NCBI RefSeq assembly: GCF_018336915.1
Contig: NZ_CP064921.1
Span: 90,001-122,000, forward strand
DNA: 32,000 nucleotides
Origin: Acaryochloris marina S15
GTDB taxonomy: Bacteria > Cyanobacteriota > Cyanobacteriia > Thermosynechococcales > Thermosynechococcaceae
Reading direction: 5' to 3'
The position numbers were made by a program, and so were the translations under genes. Positions 16,954-25,344 of this stretch are shown here, piece after piece (positions within the stretch are counted from its first letter, which is position 1; the number at the start of each line of letters is the position of its first letter). The notes beneath the pieces were generated by a model. That model worked only from the letters and a program-made list of their open reading frames with translations. It did no database searches and was not told the DNA's origin.

Positions 16954-17760
16954 CTATTGGACTTTGGCAGAAGTAGCCATGGGTTGAGTAGCTGGTCCTG
17001 TGGCTGTGTCTAATGGCTTGACTGTAGATGCATCTTCTTTTAGCTGGGCTGTATCAGAGGAAGTTGGTTCAGAAGATGTAGTAGTCCCTACTACATCTTC
17101 GCAATCCTCTAATCCTTTCTGTGAATGATGTTGATGGCTAGAAACCGTTTGAGCTTTTGTCTCATTCGGAGATGCCTGAGTTGTATTGCAATCACAAATG
17201 AAGTCTGACAATACGCCTTTCGCAACTTCTAAAGCAGGCAGAATTCGCTCCACAAATCCACTTACATCGTTGTAAGTGCCTTCAAGATTTGTTATGTCTA
17301 GGCGAATGGTGTTTTGGGGATGTTTGTTGATAATTTCTAAGAAAGAAATACGATCATCCTCTATTGAGTTAAGCACCGCTGTTTTGATAGAATTCAGACC
17401 TCGCTCAGTTTTACCATCCGTGCTAGAAATAACCTGGTCAAGCTTAAAGAGCAGGAATTCACCATTTGAGCCTTCAATAAAGTTCTTCATGAATTTTGGA
17501 ACTGTCAGCTGATCCGAGAGGATGGCCCGGACTACTTTTGGTAGCTCAGCATCTGTATTAAGCAGGGTTTGCAATGAAGATGGCAGTTCTCCAGTATTAG
17601 TAAAGTTATCCAGCTCCTGTCGGGTTACATTGACTTCAGTATCTTGATAGCGGACAAAAATGCTCTCAGCCGCTTGGGATTCAGTTGCTAGGAGTGGAAC
17701 ACCCATTACGGTAGCACTAGCTAATCCCAAAGGAAGTAAAGATTGAAGATAATTTTTCAT
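16954..17760 (-). CDS. Secreted DUF1400-like protein with a Ser/Thr-rich C-terminal tail
   Basis: Start moved to ATG 17760, with AAGGAG 5 nt upstream. The track's 17775 is a TTG. Signal peptide MKNYLQSLLPLGLASATVMGVPLLATESQA. Shares DDRISFLE and AKGVLSDFICDC with the 16209..16844 product. Confidence 0.7.
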   Translation of the reverse strand: MKNYLQSLLPLGLASATVMGVPLLATESQAAESIFVRYQDTEVNVTRQELDNFTNTGELPSSLQTLLNTDAELPKVVRAILSDQLTVPKFMKNFIEGSNGEFLLFKLDQVISSTDGKTERGLNSIKTAVLNSIEDDRISFLEIINKHPQNTIRLDITNLEGTYNDVSGFVERILPALEVAKGVLSDFICDCNTTQASPNETKAQTVSSHQHHSQKGLEDCEDVVGTTTSSEPTSSDTAQLKEDASTVKPLDTATGPATQPMATSAKVQ

Positions 17761-18215
17761 AAAAACTCCTTGCAATTTAGTTCTATTAGGTCAATGAAGA
17801 GAGGTGAGAATGGATTTCCTTGCTATAGAGCGCCTATATTCGGCATGTTATCTACCTACGATTGTTGTTCATTTATCGTCAAATGAAATCAACTGTATGG
17901 ACGTATCTAAATGTCCTCAACTTGTCCAATGGGACGATATGGCATCATCCGATGGGATGATTATTACTTCTGACTACGGAAGGACTGAAGCTAATCTTGC
18001 ACCAATTCTGAGCTTTTATCATCCTTATGGCCTCGTCCAAATGACTACTTTAAGGGCTGATTTGTGAGGGAAAACCCTAGCAATGGCTTGCTAGGGCGGT
18101 TTGGTACAGGGTGTTAGGGTAAAGCGATGTATTAGAAAACGGTTTAGATTTCGTTGGGCTAAAACCGTTCAACAATGAGAATATGAATTTCAAAATCCGC
18201 TTGGTCATCGAAATG

Positions 18216-18247
18216 GACATCTAACTGATCACAATCAGTTAGATGTC
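18216..18247 (-). terminator. Perfect 14-bp hairpin overlapping the mreB-like stop codon
   Basis: GACATCTAACTGAT (18216-18229), 4-nt loop, ATCAGTTAGATGTC (18234-18247). No strong U-tract follows on the minus strand. Confidence 0.45.
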
Positions 18248-19263
18248 ATAAATACTCTGTCCCATTTTTGGCGATCTTCGAGAATCTTTCCAATTCCTAA
18301 AGCCACACAGTCAAGAGGTTTGAGAGCTACATGCACAAAAACACCAGTTTCCTGGCTGATTAATCGATCAAGTCCTCTCAACAAAGCTCCACCACCACAT
18401 AGCATTAGTCCATTGGTATAAATATCTGAGACTAGTTCTGGTGACAACTTTTCTAAGGTTTGCTGAACGGTATTCACAATCAATGCAACTTCCTTTTGCA
18501 GGATGTCACGTACCTCTGCCCCCTTCAAAGTCAGTTGTTTAGGCAAGCCAGATTGAGAGCTACGGCCTCCTACTTCCATCTCCTCTATATCCCAATGTGG
18601 ATGGATGAGGGAAGATCCTAGCTTATGCTTAATCGCTTGAGCCGTTTGTAATCCTACTAATAGATCATAATTACGTTTAAGGGATTGGCGGATCGCATCA
18701 TCCATATGAGTACCAGCGACTCGGATGGATTGGCTACTCACCACCCCACATAAACTGATAACCGCCACTTCAGTTGTACCGCCACCGATATCAACAATCA
18801 TATTCCCAAGAGGCTTATCGATGGGCAGATCTGCACCGATGGCTGCAGCGATCGCTTCATCAATAATAGAAATGTCTTTTGCACCAGCTAGTCCAGCAAT
18901 ATCTTGAAGTGCCCGTCGCTCTACATTTGTGGCTCCGTTAGGAATCGCCAGAGTCAATTGGGGAGGGAAAAAGGGTTTCCTTCCTAATCCCTGATTTAGA
19001 ACCCGTTGTAATAACTGAAAGGCGATGTCTACGTCCGTAATGACGCCTTCGCGCAGTGGGTAGCTGACCATAATATTGGTTGGCTCCCTTCCCTCTAGGC
19101 GTTGGGCTTGATGACCGCAAGCTAAGATGGACTGATTTTCTGTATCCCTAGCAATAACCGTGGGTTGACGGATGATAATACCCTTTCCCTTGGCATACAC
19201 CAACGTATTAACTGTTCCCAAATCTATCCCAATATCGGGTGAGAAAACTCTCAATAATCCCAC
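18235..19263 (-). CDS. mreB: MreB-family actin-like ATPase
   Basis: 342 aa. DIGIDLGTVNTLVY, PLREGVITD, VERRAL, IDEAIAAAIGA, MIVDIGGGTTEVAVISL and LCGGGALLRGLDRL align along the full length with canonical MreB. GTG start 3 nt after the upstream stop. Confidence 0.9.
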   Translation of the reverse strand: MGLLRVFSPDIGIDLGTVNTLVYAKGKGIIIRQPTVIARDTENQSILACGHQAQRLEGREPTNIMVSYPLREGVITDVDIAFQLLQRVLNQGLGRKPFFPPQLTLAIPNGATNVERRALQDIAGLAGAKDISIIDEAIAAAIGADLPIDKPLGNMIVDIGGGTTEVAVISLCGVVSSQSIRVAGTHMDDAIRQSLKRNYDLLVGLQTAQAIKHKLGSSLIHPHWDIEEMEVGGRSSQSGLPKQLTLKGAEVRDILQKEVALIVNTVQQTLEKLSPELVSDIYTNGLMLCGGGALLRGLDRLISQETGVFVHVALKPLDCVALGIGKILEDRQKWDRVFMTSN

Positions 19264-19266
19264 CTA

Positions 19267-19902
19267 TTATTTCTCCATTGGCATAAGATCTTTGAGTTCA
19301 GCCCCATCCAAAATTGCTAAATTTAGATTACTGCCAGAAATATCCGTATGGATCAGTTGTGCCTCACTCAGGTCTGTTCCTGTCAAAGTTACATCGACCA
19401 AATGAGTGTGGTGGAGTTTGGCTCTATATAGAATGGCATTCGATAAATTGGCACCATTCAAGACCGCCTTTTGCAGATTTGCTTCTCGAAGATTCGCTCT
19501 CGTTAAGTCTGCCCGATCTAACGCAACAGAAACTAAACTCGCCCTGATTAAGATGGCATTATGAAGCTGAGCCTCAATGAGATTCGCTTGGGTTAAGATG
19601 GCATCAGTCAAATTAGCCCCAGTGAGATGGGCATTATTAAGGTCAGCTTTCTCCATCTGAGCACCCGTTAGATTGGCCTCAGTCAGATTAGCCTCGCTCA
19701 GGTCCACTCCTCGTAAATCGGCCTGACAAAATAGGGTTTTGATGAGTCGCTTACCTGCAAACTTTACTCCTCGCAAATCAGCGCCTCTAAAATCCACACC
19801 ACTTAGGTCCATATCCTGAGTATGGTCAAGGGGGCGGGGTTTTAAATCACAAGCCATTGCATCATCTTTATTTTCTGGATGGGCTTGGTTCCGCGTATAC
19901 AT
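19267..19902 (-). CDS. Pentapeptide-repeat protein
   Basis: About 30 consecutive A(D/N)LxX pentads (ADLRGVDLSEANLTEANLTGAQMEKADLNNAHLTGANL...). Confidence 0.9.
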   Translation of the reverse strand: MYTRNQAHPENKDDAMACDLKPRPLDHTQDMDLSGVDFRGADLRGVKFAGKRLIKTLFCQADLRGVDLSEANLTEANLTGAQMEKADLNNAHLTGANLTDAILTQANLIEAQLHNAILIRASLVSVALDRADLTRANLREANLQKAVLNGANLSNAILYRAKLHHTHLVDVTLTGTDLSEAQLIHTDISGSNLNLAILDGAELKDLMPMEK

Positions 19903-20045
19903 AATTGAACCTTTGAATATTATTTATTGCACCTTTGAGCTAGCAGCTATCAGGATTTCTTAGGACAAAGCGTTTAACCTTTCTAGACTCCAGTTCGCGA
20001 AAGACCGAAAATCAAAATAGCTGAGCTGAGAGTCACTGCCTCTAA

Positions 20046-20624
20046 CTAGGGTGATACCCTCGGTTGAGCGGAAGGTTGAGGTTCAGAAGAAGATGGTTGC
20101 GACTGAACCTCAGGTGCTGGGTTGGATTGACGGCTCCGAATGTCTGAACTGCCATTAGAACCATTGAGAGACTGAATATCCGTGGACAAACGCTTGACTT
20201 GTTGAACCACTTTTTGAAGCTGTTCTTGGTTATTCTGAACTTCTTCTGTCAAGGCTGATGGATCAAATTTCTTCAAGGACTTAACGTCCTGCTCCAGAGC
20301 TTCAATTTTGGACTCAAGAACAGTTTCAGACAGGTCTGCATTGATATTGGATGTTTGGGGTTCCTGTTCAAAAGACAGCACACGAATGGCTAACCAGACT
20401 GATACGCCTCCTAAGATCATGACGAAGGCAATCAGCATGCCGATGATAAAATTTGACCGACTTCGTAACCGCTCTGTCTCGATTTGAACTCCCGTCAGAT
20501 CATTTTGTACACTCCGTTTCAAATCCTGAGAAATTTGAGCAAAGGATTCAGAAGTCAGGAGGTTAGGATTCCCTTGTGGGGTATTGCTAGGTTGAGGCGC
20601 TTGTGATTCCGAATAATTAGTCAT
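20046..20624 (-). CDS. Single-pass membrane protein with a coiled-coil and a Ser/Pro/Gln-rich tail
   Basis: TM segment FIIGMLIAFVMILGGVSVWLAI, then heptad-like ESKIEALEQDVKSLKK...QEQLQKVVQQVKRL, then a low-complexity C-terminus. Confidence 0.6.
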   Translation of the reverse strand: MTNYSESQAPQPSNTPQGNPNLLTSESFAQISQDLKRSVQNDLTGVQIETERLRSRSNFIIGMLIAFVMILGGVSVWLAIRVLSFEQEPQTSNINADLSETVLESKIEALEQDVKSLKKFDPSALTEEVQNNQEQLQKVVQQVKRLSTDIQSLNGSNGSSDIRSRQSNPAPEVQSQPSSSEPQPSAQPRVSP

Positions 20625-20659
20625 GGTGTTAATTCTCCATACTGAAGATGAGTAATAAA

Positions 20660-21322
20660 TCAGCTTGCAATCAGATTTGTGGTTTTAGGTCGTAGAGATA
20701 TGTCAGCACGGTTGAATTTATTAGCATCAAAATTTAAATCCAGATGAAGATTGTGCAAAAAAAGATTCATGTTTGATTCAACGGGTGAAGTCGCAAGGCC
20801 GACAGTTGGGGGAAGACAGTCTTGCTTGGGTCTTTGTGAATCAACGGTTAGTTCTATTAAGAATCTATCCCCCTTATAGATCAGTTCAGCTGCGGAGAAG
20901 TCCAACAATTCAGGGAAATACCTCTGGTGTTCTGGGACTACGAACTGATACTGAAGGATTTCACCTGTATTAGCTTCAAAGTAATAGTCGATAAGGTTAC
21001 CTAGCCAGTTACCTGAATGAGTCCATACTTCATTGCCTAATTGATAATGAATAGATGATTTGGGCTGGAAAATTAGTGCTGTACTTTCGGCAACATCTAA
21101 CCAAGCCCCTTCAGGACTTACCGCTACCACCTGTTCCCAAGGCAGAGATCTTTGCTCATCTGCATTCAATAACGTTTTATACGTTAATCCTAAGACTTGG
21201 TGCAATTGCTTATCCACCCAGATTTGATGCACTGTGCCCAAGAGTTGCCCCGTATGACAATCCCATACTGGACAATCAATGAGTTGACTGAACTGGATAA
21301 GGGGATAGGTAGAGAGGCGCAT
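20660..21322 (-). CDS. Protein with two PRC-barrel-like domains
   Basis: FSQLIDCPVWDCHTGQLLGTVHQIWVDKQLHQVLGL and LGNEVWTHSGNWLGNLIDYYFEANTGEILQY fit the PRC-barrel pattern (L.g..V.d..G..lG.v.d...d). Called by eye only. Confidence 0.55.
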   Translation of the reverse strand: MRLSTYPLIQFSQLIDCPVWDCHTGQLLGTVHQIWVDKQLHQVLGLTYKTLLNADEQRSLPWEQVVAVSPEGAWLDVAESTALIFQPKSSIHYQLGNEVWTHSGNWLGNLIDYYFEANTGEILQYQFVVPEHQRYFPELLDFSAAELIYKGDRFLIELTVDSQRPKQDCLPPTVGLATSPVESNMNLFLHNLHLDLNFDANKFNRADISLRPKTTNLIAS

Positions 21323-21385
21323 AGTTATTCACTGGTTAAATAGGACAGTTATGATGCCAAGTTAGACTGGATCAACAGTCGAACA

Positions 21386-21997
21386 TTACTCAACACTGTT
21401 GAATTTCTGAGCTGTAATAGGTGATACGGTGGGTGAGAAAGATGGAGAGTTGCTAGATAGAACAGTATGACTAGCGACCAAGAGGCTTCCTGTGATACCC
21501 AATGCTCCACAGAGCAAGCCTGTTCGCCACCGCAATTGCGATCTAAGTTTTTGGACTTCTATTGAGCAGTGATCGGGTATAAGACTAGCTGGAGGGACGA
21601 CTGCACCCTCTAAAGTTGGTTGGCCAGTTGTCTGGGTTGGAGACTGGAACATGACCTGTTCATGCAGCCAATCTGTAATTAATTGTGGACAATTATGCTG
21701 GAACCAGCGGAGACCGACAAATCTAAATAAGGGCTTAGACTGGGTTGCAACCGCTCTGCTAATTCGATTGAGCGATCTTACAGTCACTTTTTGATTGATT
21801 AGGTTGATGGACCCGATGTCATACAGCCGATCCAAGATCAACTTGATTGTGGTCGATTCATGCCGCACAAGCTGTTCTAGTAACAGTGAAATTTCATCTA
21901 CAGACTTTTGCTCCACTGGGTTAGCTCGATTCAGCAAGCCTGCAGCCGCAGTGGAAATGGAAGTGGAAGATTCGGAGGATTGAGAGCGCTTCAACAT
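21386..21997 (-). CDS. Hypothetical protein with a C-terminal TM anchor
   Basis: ATG 21997 is preferred over TTG 22015. C-terminal hydrophobic segment TGLLCGALGITGSLLVA. No recognised domain. Confidence 0.5.
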   Translation of the reverse strand: MLKRSQSSESSTSISTAAAGLLNRANPVEQKSVDEISLLLEQLVRHESTTIKLILDRLYDIGSINLINQKVTVRSLNRISRAVATQSKPLFRFVGLRWFQHNCPQLITDWLHEQVMFQSPTQTTGQPTLEGAVVPPASLIPDHCSIEVQKLRSQLRWRTGLLCGALGITGSLLVASHTVLSSNSPSFSPTVSPITAQKFNSVE

Positions 21998-22091
21998 GAG
22001 TTTGTAATAACGCAATAACCTTATTTAATTCTGAATCCTCCCCCTTGAAATCGACCGCATGTCTAAAAATATGGATTTACTTCATCCATGA

Positions 22092-22101
22092 GGACTAGTC
22101 C
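22092..22101. repeat. Iterated palindrome GGACTAGTCC (copy 3)
   Basis: Exact match in the divergent intergenic region between the mreB-cluster and the rimK-cluster. Confidence 0.7.
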
Positions 22102-22389
22102 CTTGAGATGTTGACGGACGAGTAACTATGTACGAAGGTAAGGAGGCTCGAATGCAACGATAACTCAACACTTTTATTACTCATCACAAAAGATGAATCG
22201 TTTATTTTCAGTAGAAAATATGCACTGTTTCTTCAGTTAATTCAATTTCATTCAACTAAAGACTGGGCTGCTCTGAATAACTCATATTGATCAGCGCTAT
22301 CTCACCACAACACTAACAGCTAACTATTGAGGGTAAAAAATCCTTATCAAGGCCATCACAAACGATTTAATAATCTCGGAGAATATTTG

Positions 22390-22848
22390 ATGACAGCTTC
22401 TTCGTCTCAAGTGATATTGCCTATCATTGGCTGGCGCGAGTGGGTATCATTTCCAGAACTAGAAATCCCCCAAGTTAAAGCCAAAATTGATACAGGGGCT
22501 CGTTCTTCCGCGCTACATGCATTTGACATAGAGCGATTCCAAGACAATGGCAAATCAATGCTTCGGTTCAAAACTCATCCTATTCAAAAGGATAAAACTA
22601 CGATTGTTACAGCTATTGCCGAGCTGTTAGAAGTCAAACAAGTTCGAGATTCAGGAGGACATACTGAAATGCGTCCCGTCATCCTCACGGAGATCGCCCT
22701 CTCCAATTACTCCTGGAAGATAGAGGTGACCCTGACTGATCGCAGTTCTATGGGATTTCGGATGTTGTTGGGACGGCAGGCTGTTCGTCAGCGCTTTGTC
22801 ATTGATGTAGGTCAATCCTATATCCACAATTCAGATCCTCAAAATTAA
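22390..22848 (+). CDS. RimK-associated ATP-dependent zinc protease / retropepsin-like protein (DUF785, RimB-like)
   Basis: [35 protein letters not shown]...[11 protein letters not shown] is the family signature. The start is taken at ATG 22390 (GGAGA upstream) rather than the track's 22327. Confidence 0.8.
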   Translation: MTASSSQVILPIIGWREWVSFPELEIPQVKAKIDTGARSSALHAFDIERFQDNGKSMLRFKTHPIQKDKTTIVTAIAELLEVKQVRDSGGHTEMRPVILTEIALSNYSWKIEVTLTDRSSMGFRMLLGRQAVRQRFVIDVGQSYIHNSDPQN

Positions 22849-22864
22849 TGTAATCGGAATAACT

Positions 22865-23769
22865 ATGAAAATCGCCATCCTCTCCCAGCAGCAATCTCTC
22901 TATTCAACTCGGCGACTCTTAGAAGCGGGTGAAGAGAGAGGGCATGAAATACATGTCATCAATTATTTGCGATGCTACATGAATATCACGGCCCATAAGC
23001 CCAAGGTTCTCTATCAAGGAGATTCGCTGGAAGGCTACGATGCGATTATTCCTCGAATTGGGGCTTCTAAAACTTTTTACGGTACGGCTGTAGTCAGACA
23101 ATTTGAAGTTATGGGGGTTTTCTCGGCCAATGAATCCCAGGCAATCTCGCGATCTAGAGATAAACTTCGCTGTCTGCAAATTTTGTCACAAAAAGGGATT
23201 GGTCTACCAGTGACAGGATTTGCCAATTCCTCAAAAGATATTGACGGATTGATTGAAAGTGTCGGTGGGGCTCCATTAGTAATCAAGCTACTAGAAGGTA
23301 CTCAGGGAATTGGAGTGGTTTTGACAGAGACACATCAAGCGGCAAAGTCTGTCATTGAAGCGTTTCGGGGTCTGGATGCCAATATCTTGGTACAGGAATT
23401 TATCAAAGAAGCGGGGGTATGGACATACGGTGTTTTGTCGTGGGAGATCGGATCATCGCTGCTATGAAACGGCAAGGTGCTCCTGGTGAGTTCCGCTCCA
23501 ATATCCATCGAGGCGGTAGTGCTACTCAAATCAAGCTAACACCAGAAGAACGAAGCACTGCAATTCGTGCTTCAAAAGCAATGGGTTTGCGGGTTGCTGG
23601 GGTTGATTTACTGCGTTCCAATCACGGCCCAGTCATCATGGAAGTTAATTCTTCTCCTGGTTTAGAAGGAATTGAAACGGCAACAGAGATCGATGTTGCA
23701 GGTAAGGTCATCGAATTTTTAGAAAAGAATGCGGGACCAGGTAAGACCCGCGATCGCATTAAATATTAA
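22865..23769 (+). pseudogene. rimK: RimK-type ATP-grasp alpha-L-glutamate ligase, split by a 1-nt frameshift
   Basis: ORFs 22865..23467 and 23419..23769 together align collinearly with E. coli RimK (..VQEFIKEAG|[27 protein letters not shown]..). The frame changes at the G5 run 23413-23417. Confidence 0.85.
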
Positions 23770-23799
23770 CCTTCACAAATAGTACAAAAATAAAACTAT

Positions 23800-24750
23800 A
23801 TGACCCCCATCACCGTCGGTGGTATTACAGTGGCCCCTGGCACTGAGCAACGCATCGAGTTGCCAATCGCTCGCCTTCCCACTCAGACCATGTTGTCCTT
23901 ACCCGTTCATGCGATCAATGGTCATAGTGATGGTCCACACCTATGGCTCAGTGCAGCAATTCATGGGGATGAACTGAATGGCGTGGAAATTATTCGCCAA
24001 GTCTTGGAGCAGGTTAAGCCTAACAAGTTACAGGGAGCCTTGTTAGCTGTCCCCATTGTCAATATATTTGGCTTTATTGAGCAATCCCGGTACCTTCCCG
24101 ATCGCCGGGATCTCAATCGGTCATTTCCAGGCTCTGCTAAAGGATCATTAGCTGGCCGGATAGCCCACCTATTTATGAAAGAAATAGTAAGCCATTGTAG
24201 CCATGGCATTGATCTTCATACTGCATCCAATCATCGGGTTAATTTGCCCCAAATTCGGGCCAATCTAGATGATTCAGAAACTTATCGATGTGCTCAGGCT
24301 TTTGGTGCACCTGCCATCATCCACGCCAACACTCGGGATGGGTCTTTACGGCAAGCTGCTGCAAAGCAAGGTATTTCCGTTTTGCTATATGAGTCAGGAG
24401 AAGCCCTTCGATTTGACCAAGAGGCTATCAAGGTCGGTGTTGAAGGAGTATTACAGGTGATGACTGCATTGAAAATGATGGACTCTGACTTCAAATCAGA
24501 TCAGGGCAAAACACCACCAAAAGAGTCCAGAGAGACAAAATGGGTCAGAGCCTCTCAAAGCGGCATTCTACATTTGCAAATAGAATTGGGACAAACAGTT
24601 AACAAGCGCCAAAAAATTGGCTACATTGCCGATGCATTAGGTGATACCAATAAAAGGGTTCAGTCTCCCTGTGATGGGATAGTTATTGGTTTTACAAAAA
24701 ATCCTTTAGTCAATCAAGGAGACGGTATCGTTCATGTTGCCATGCTCTAA
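23800..24750 (+). CDS. Succinylglutamate desuccinylase/aspartoacylase-family zinc deacylase
   Basis: GPHLWLSAAIHGDELNGVEI, DLNRSFPG and GIDLHT motifs of the AstE/AspA family. This is the usual neighbour of rimK. Confidence 0.85.
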   Translation: MTPITVGGITVAPGTEQRIELPIARLPTQTMLSLPVHAINGHSDGPHLWLSAAIHGDELNGVEIIRQVLEQVKPNKLQGALLAVPIVNIFGFIEQSRYLPDRRDLNRSFPGSAKGSLAGRIAHLFMKEIVSHCSHGIDLHTASNHRVNLPQIRANLDDSETYRCAQAFGAPAIIHANTRDGSLRQAAAKQGISVLLYESGEALRFDQEAIKVGVEGVLQVMTALKMMDSDFKSDQGKTPPKESRETKWVRASQSGILHLQIELGQTVNKRQKIGYIADALGDTNKRVQSPCDGIVIGFTKNPLVNQGDGIVHVAML

Positions 24751-25344
24751 GTTTTTTGATATTGAAGTTTCTGCAATTTCAGTATCGTAATACAAACACT
24801 AAGCCAAAGAAATCCAATCCCATAGCCACCGGTAATATCCGTGGGCCAATGGACACCTAAGTAGAGCCGGCTGAATCCAATCGCACTAATTAAGAGGCTA
24901 GCTAGCCCATAGATGGTCACAGTTCTCCTCCTTCTCGAATGAAGGCTGGCTAACAAGTAAGCTAGAAAGCCATAGAAAACTATCGACCCTAGTGCATGGC
25001 CACTGGGATAGCTAAAGGTGGTCTCAGTAATCAATTGTGGCCATAGCTGGGGACGGGTTTTGTTGAATACTAGCTTCAGTCCAGTCGCCAAAACAGCACC
25101 ACCGAAGCAGTTTACAGCAAGGATATAGGCTTCTTGTCGATAGCATCGCCACTCAAAAAGGATAAAACTGATGACTACGAGAGAAACGACAATACTTGGA
25201 TCTTCTAACCGAGTAATTGCCAACATCACAGAATCCAGTGTGAGATTAGCAAACTGGTGGATTCAGAGCAGTGCGACTTTATCAAATGCAAAGGCTTCCC
25301 GCTCTAGGACTTCATTGGAGAGCTTTGCTGTCCCAAACCAGAAC
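24747..25344 (-). pseudogene. PAP2-family phosphatase, disrupted (in-frame TGA and IS insertion in the 5' region)
   Basis: KTRPQ, YPSGHA and SRLYLGVHWPTDITGG motifs lie in 24747..25229. The same frame continues upstream as FGTAKLSNEVLEREAFAFDKVALL-TGA-IHQFANLTLDSV, with the TGA at 25263-25265. It runs into the IS end at 25345. Confidence 0.75.

Noticed and set aside
17804-18067. 87-aa plus-strand ORF in the gap between the DUF1400 genes and the mreB-like gene
   Set aside because: It has no SD and no domain. It sits in an AT-rich, probably regulatory region.
23413-23417. Programmed ribosomal frameshift in rimK
   Set aside because: No slippery heptamer or downstream structure is recognisable. 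A simple 1-nt deletion or homopolymer miscall explains it.
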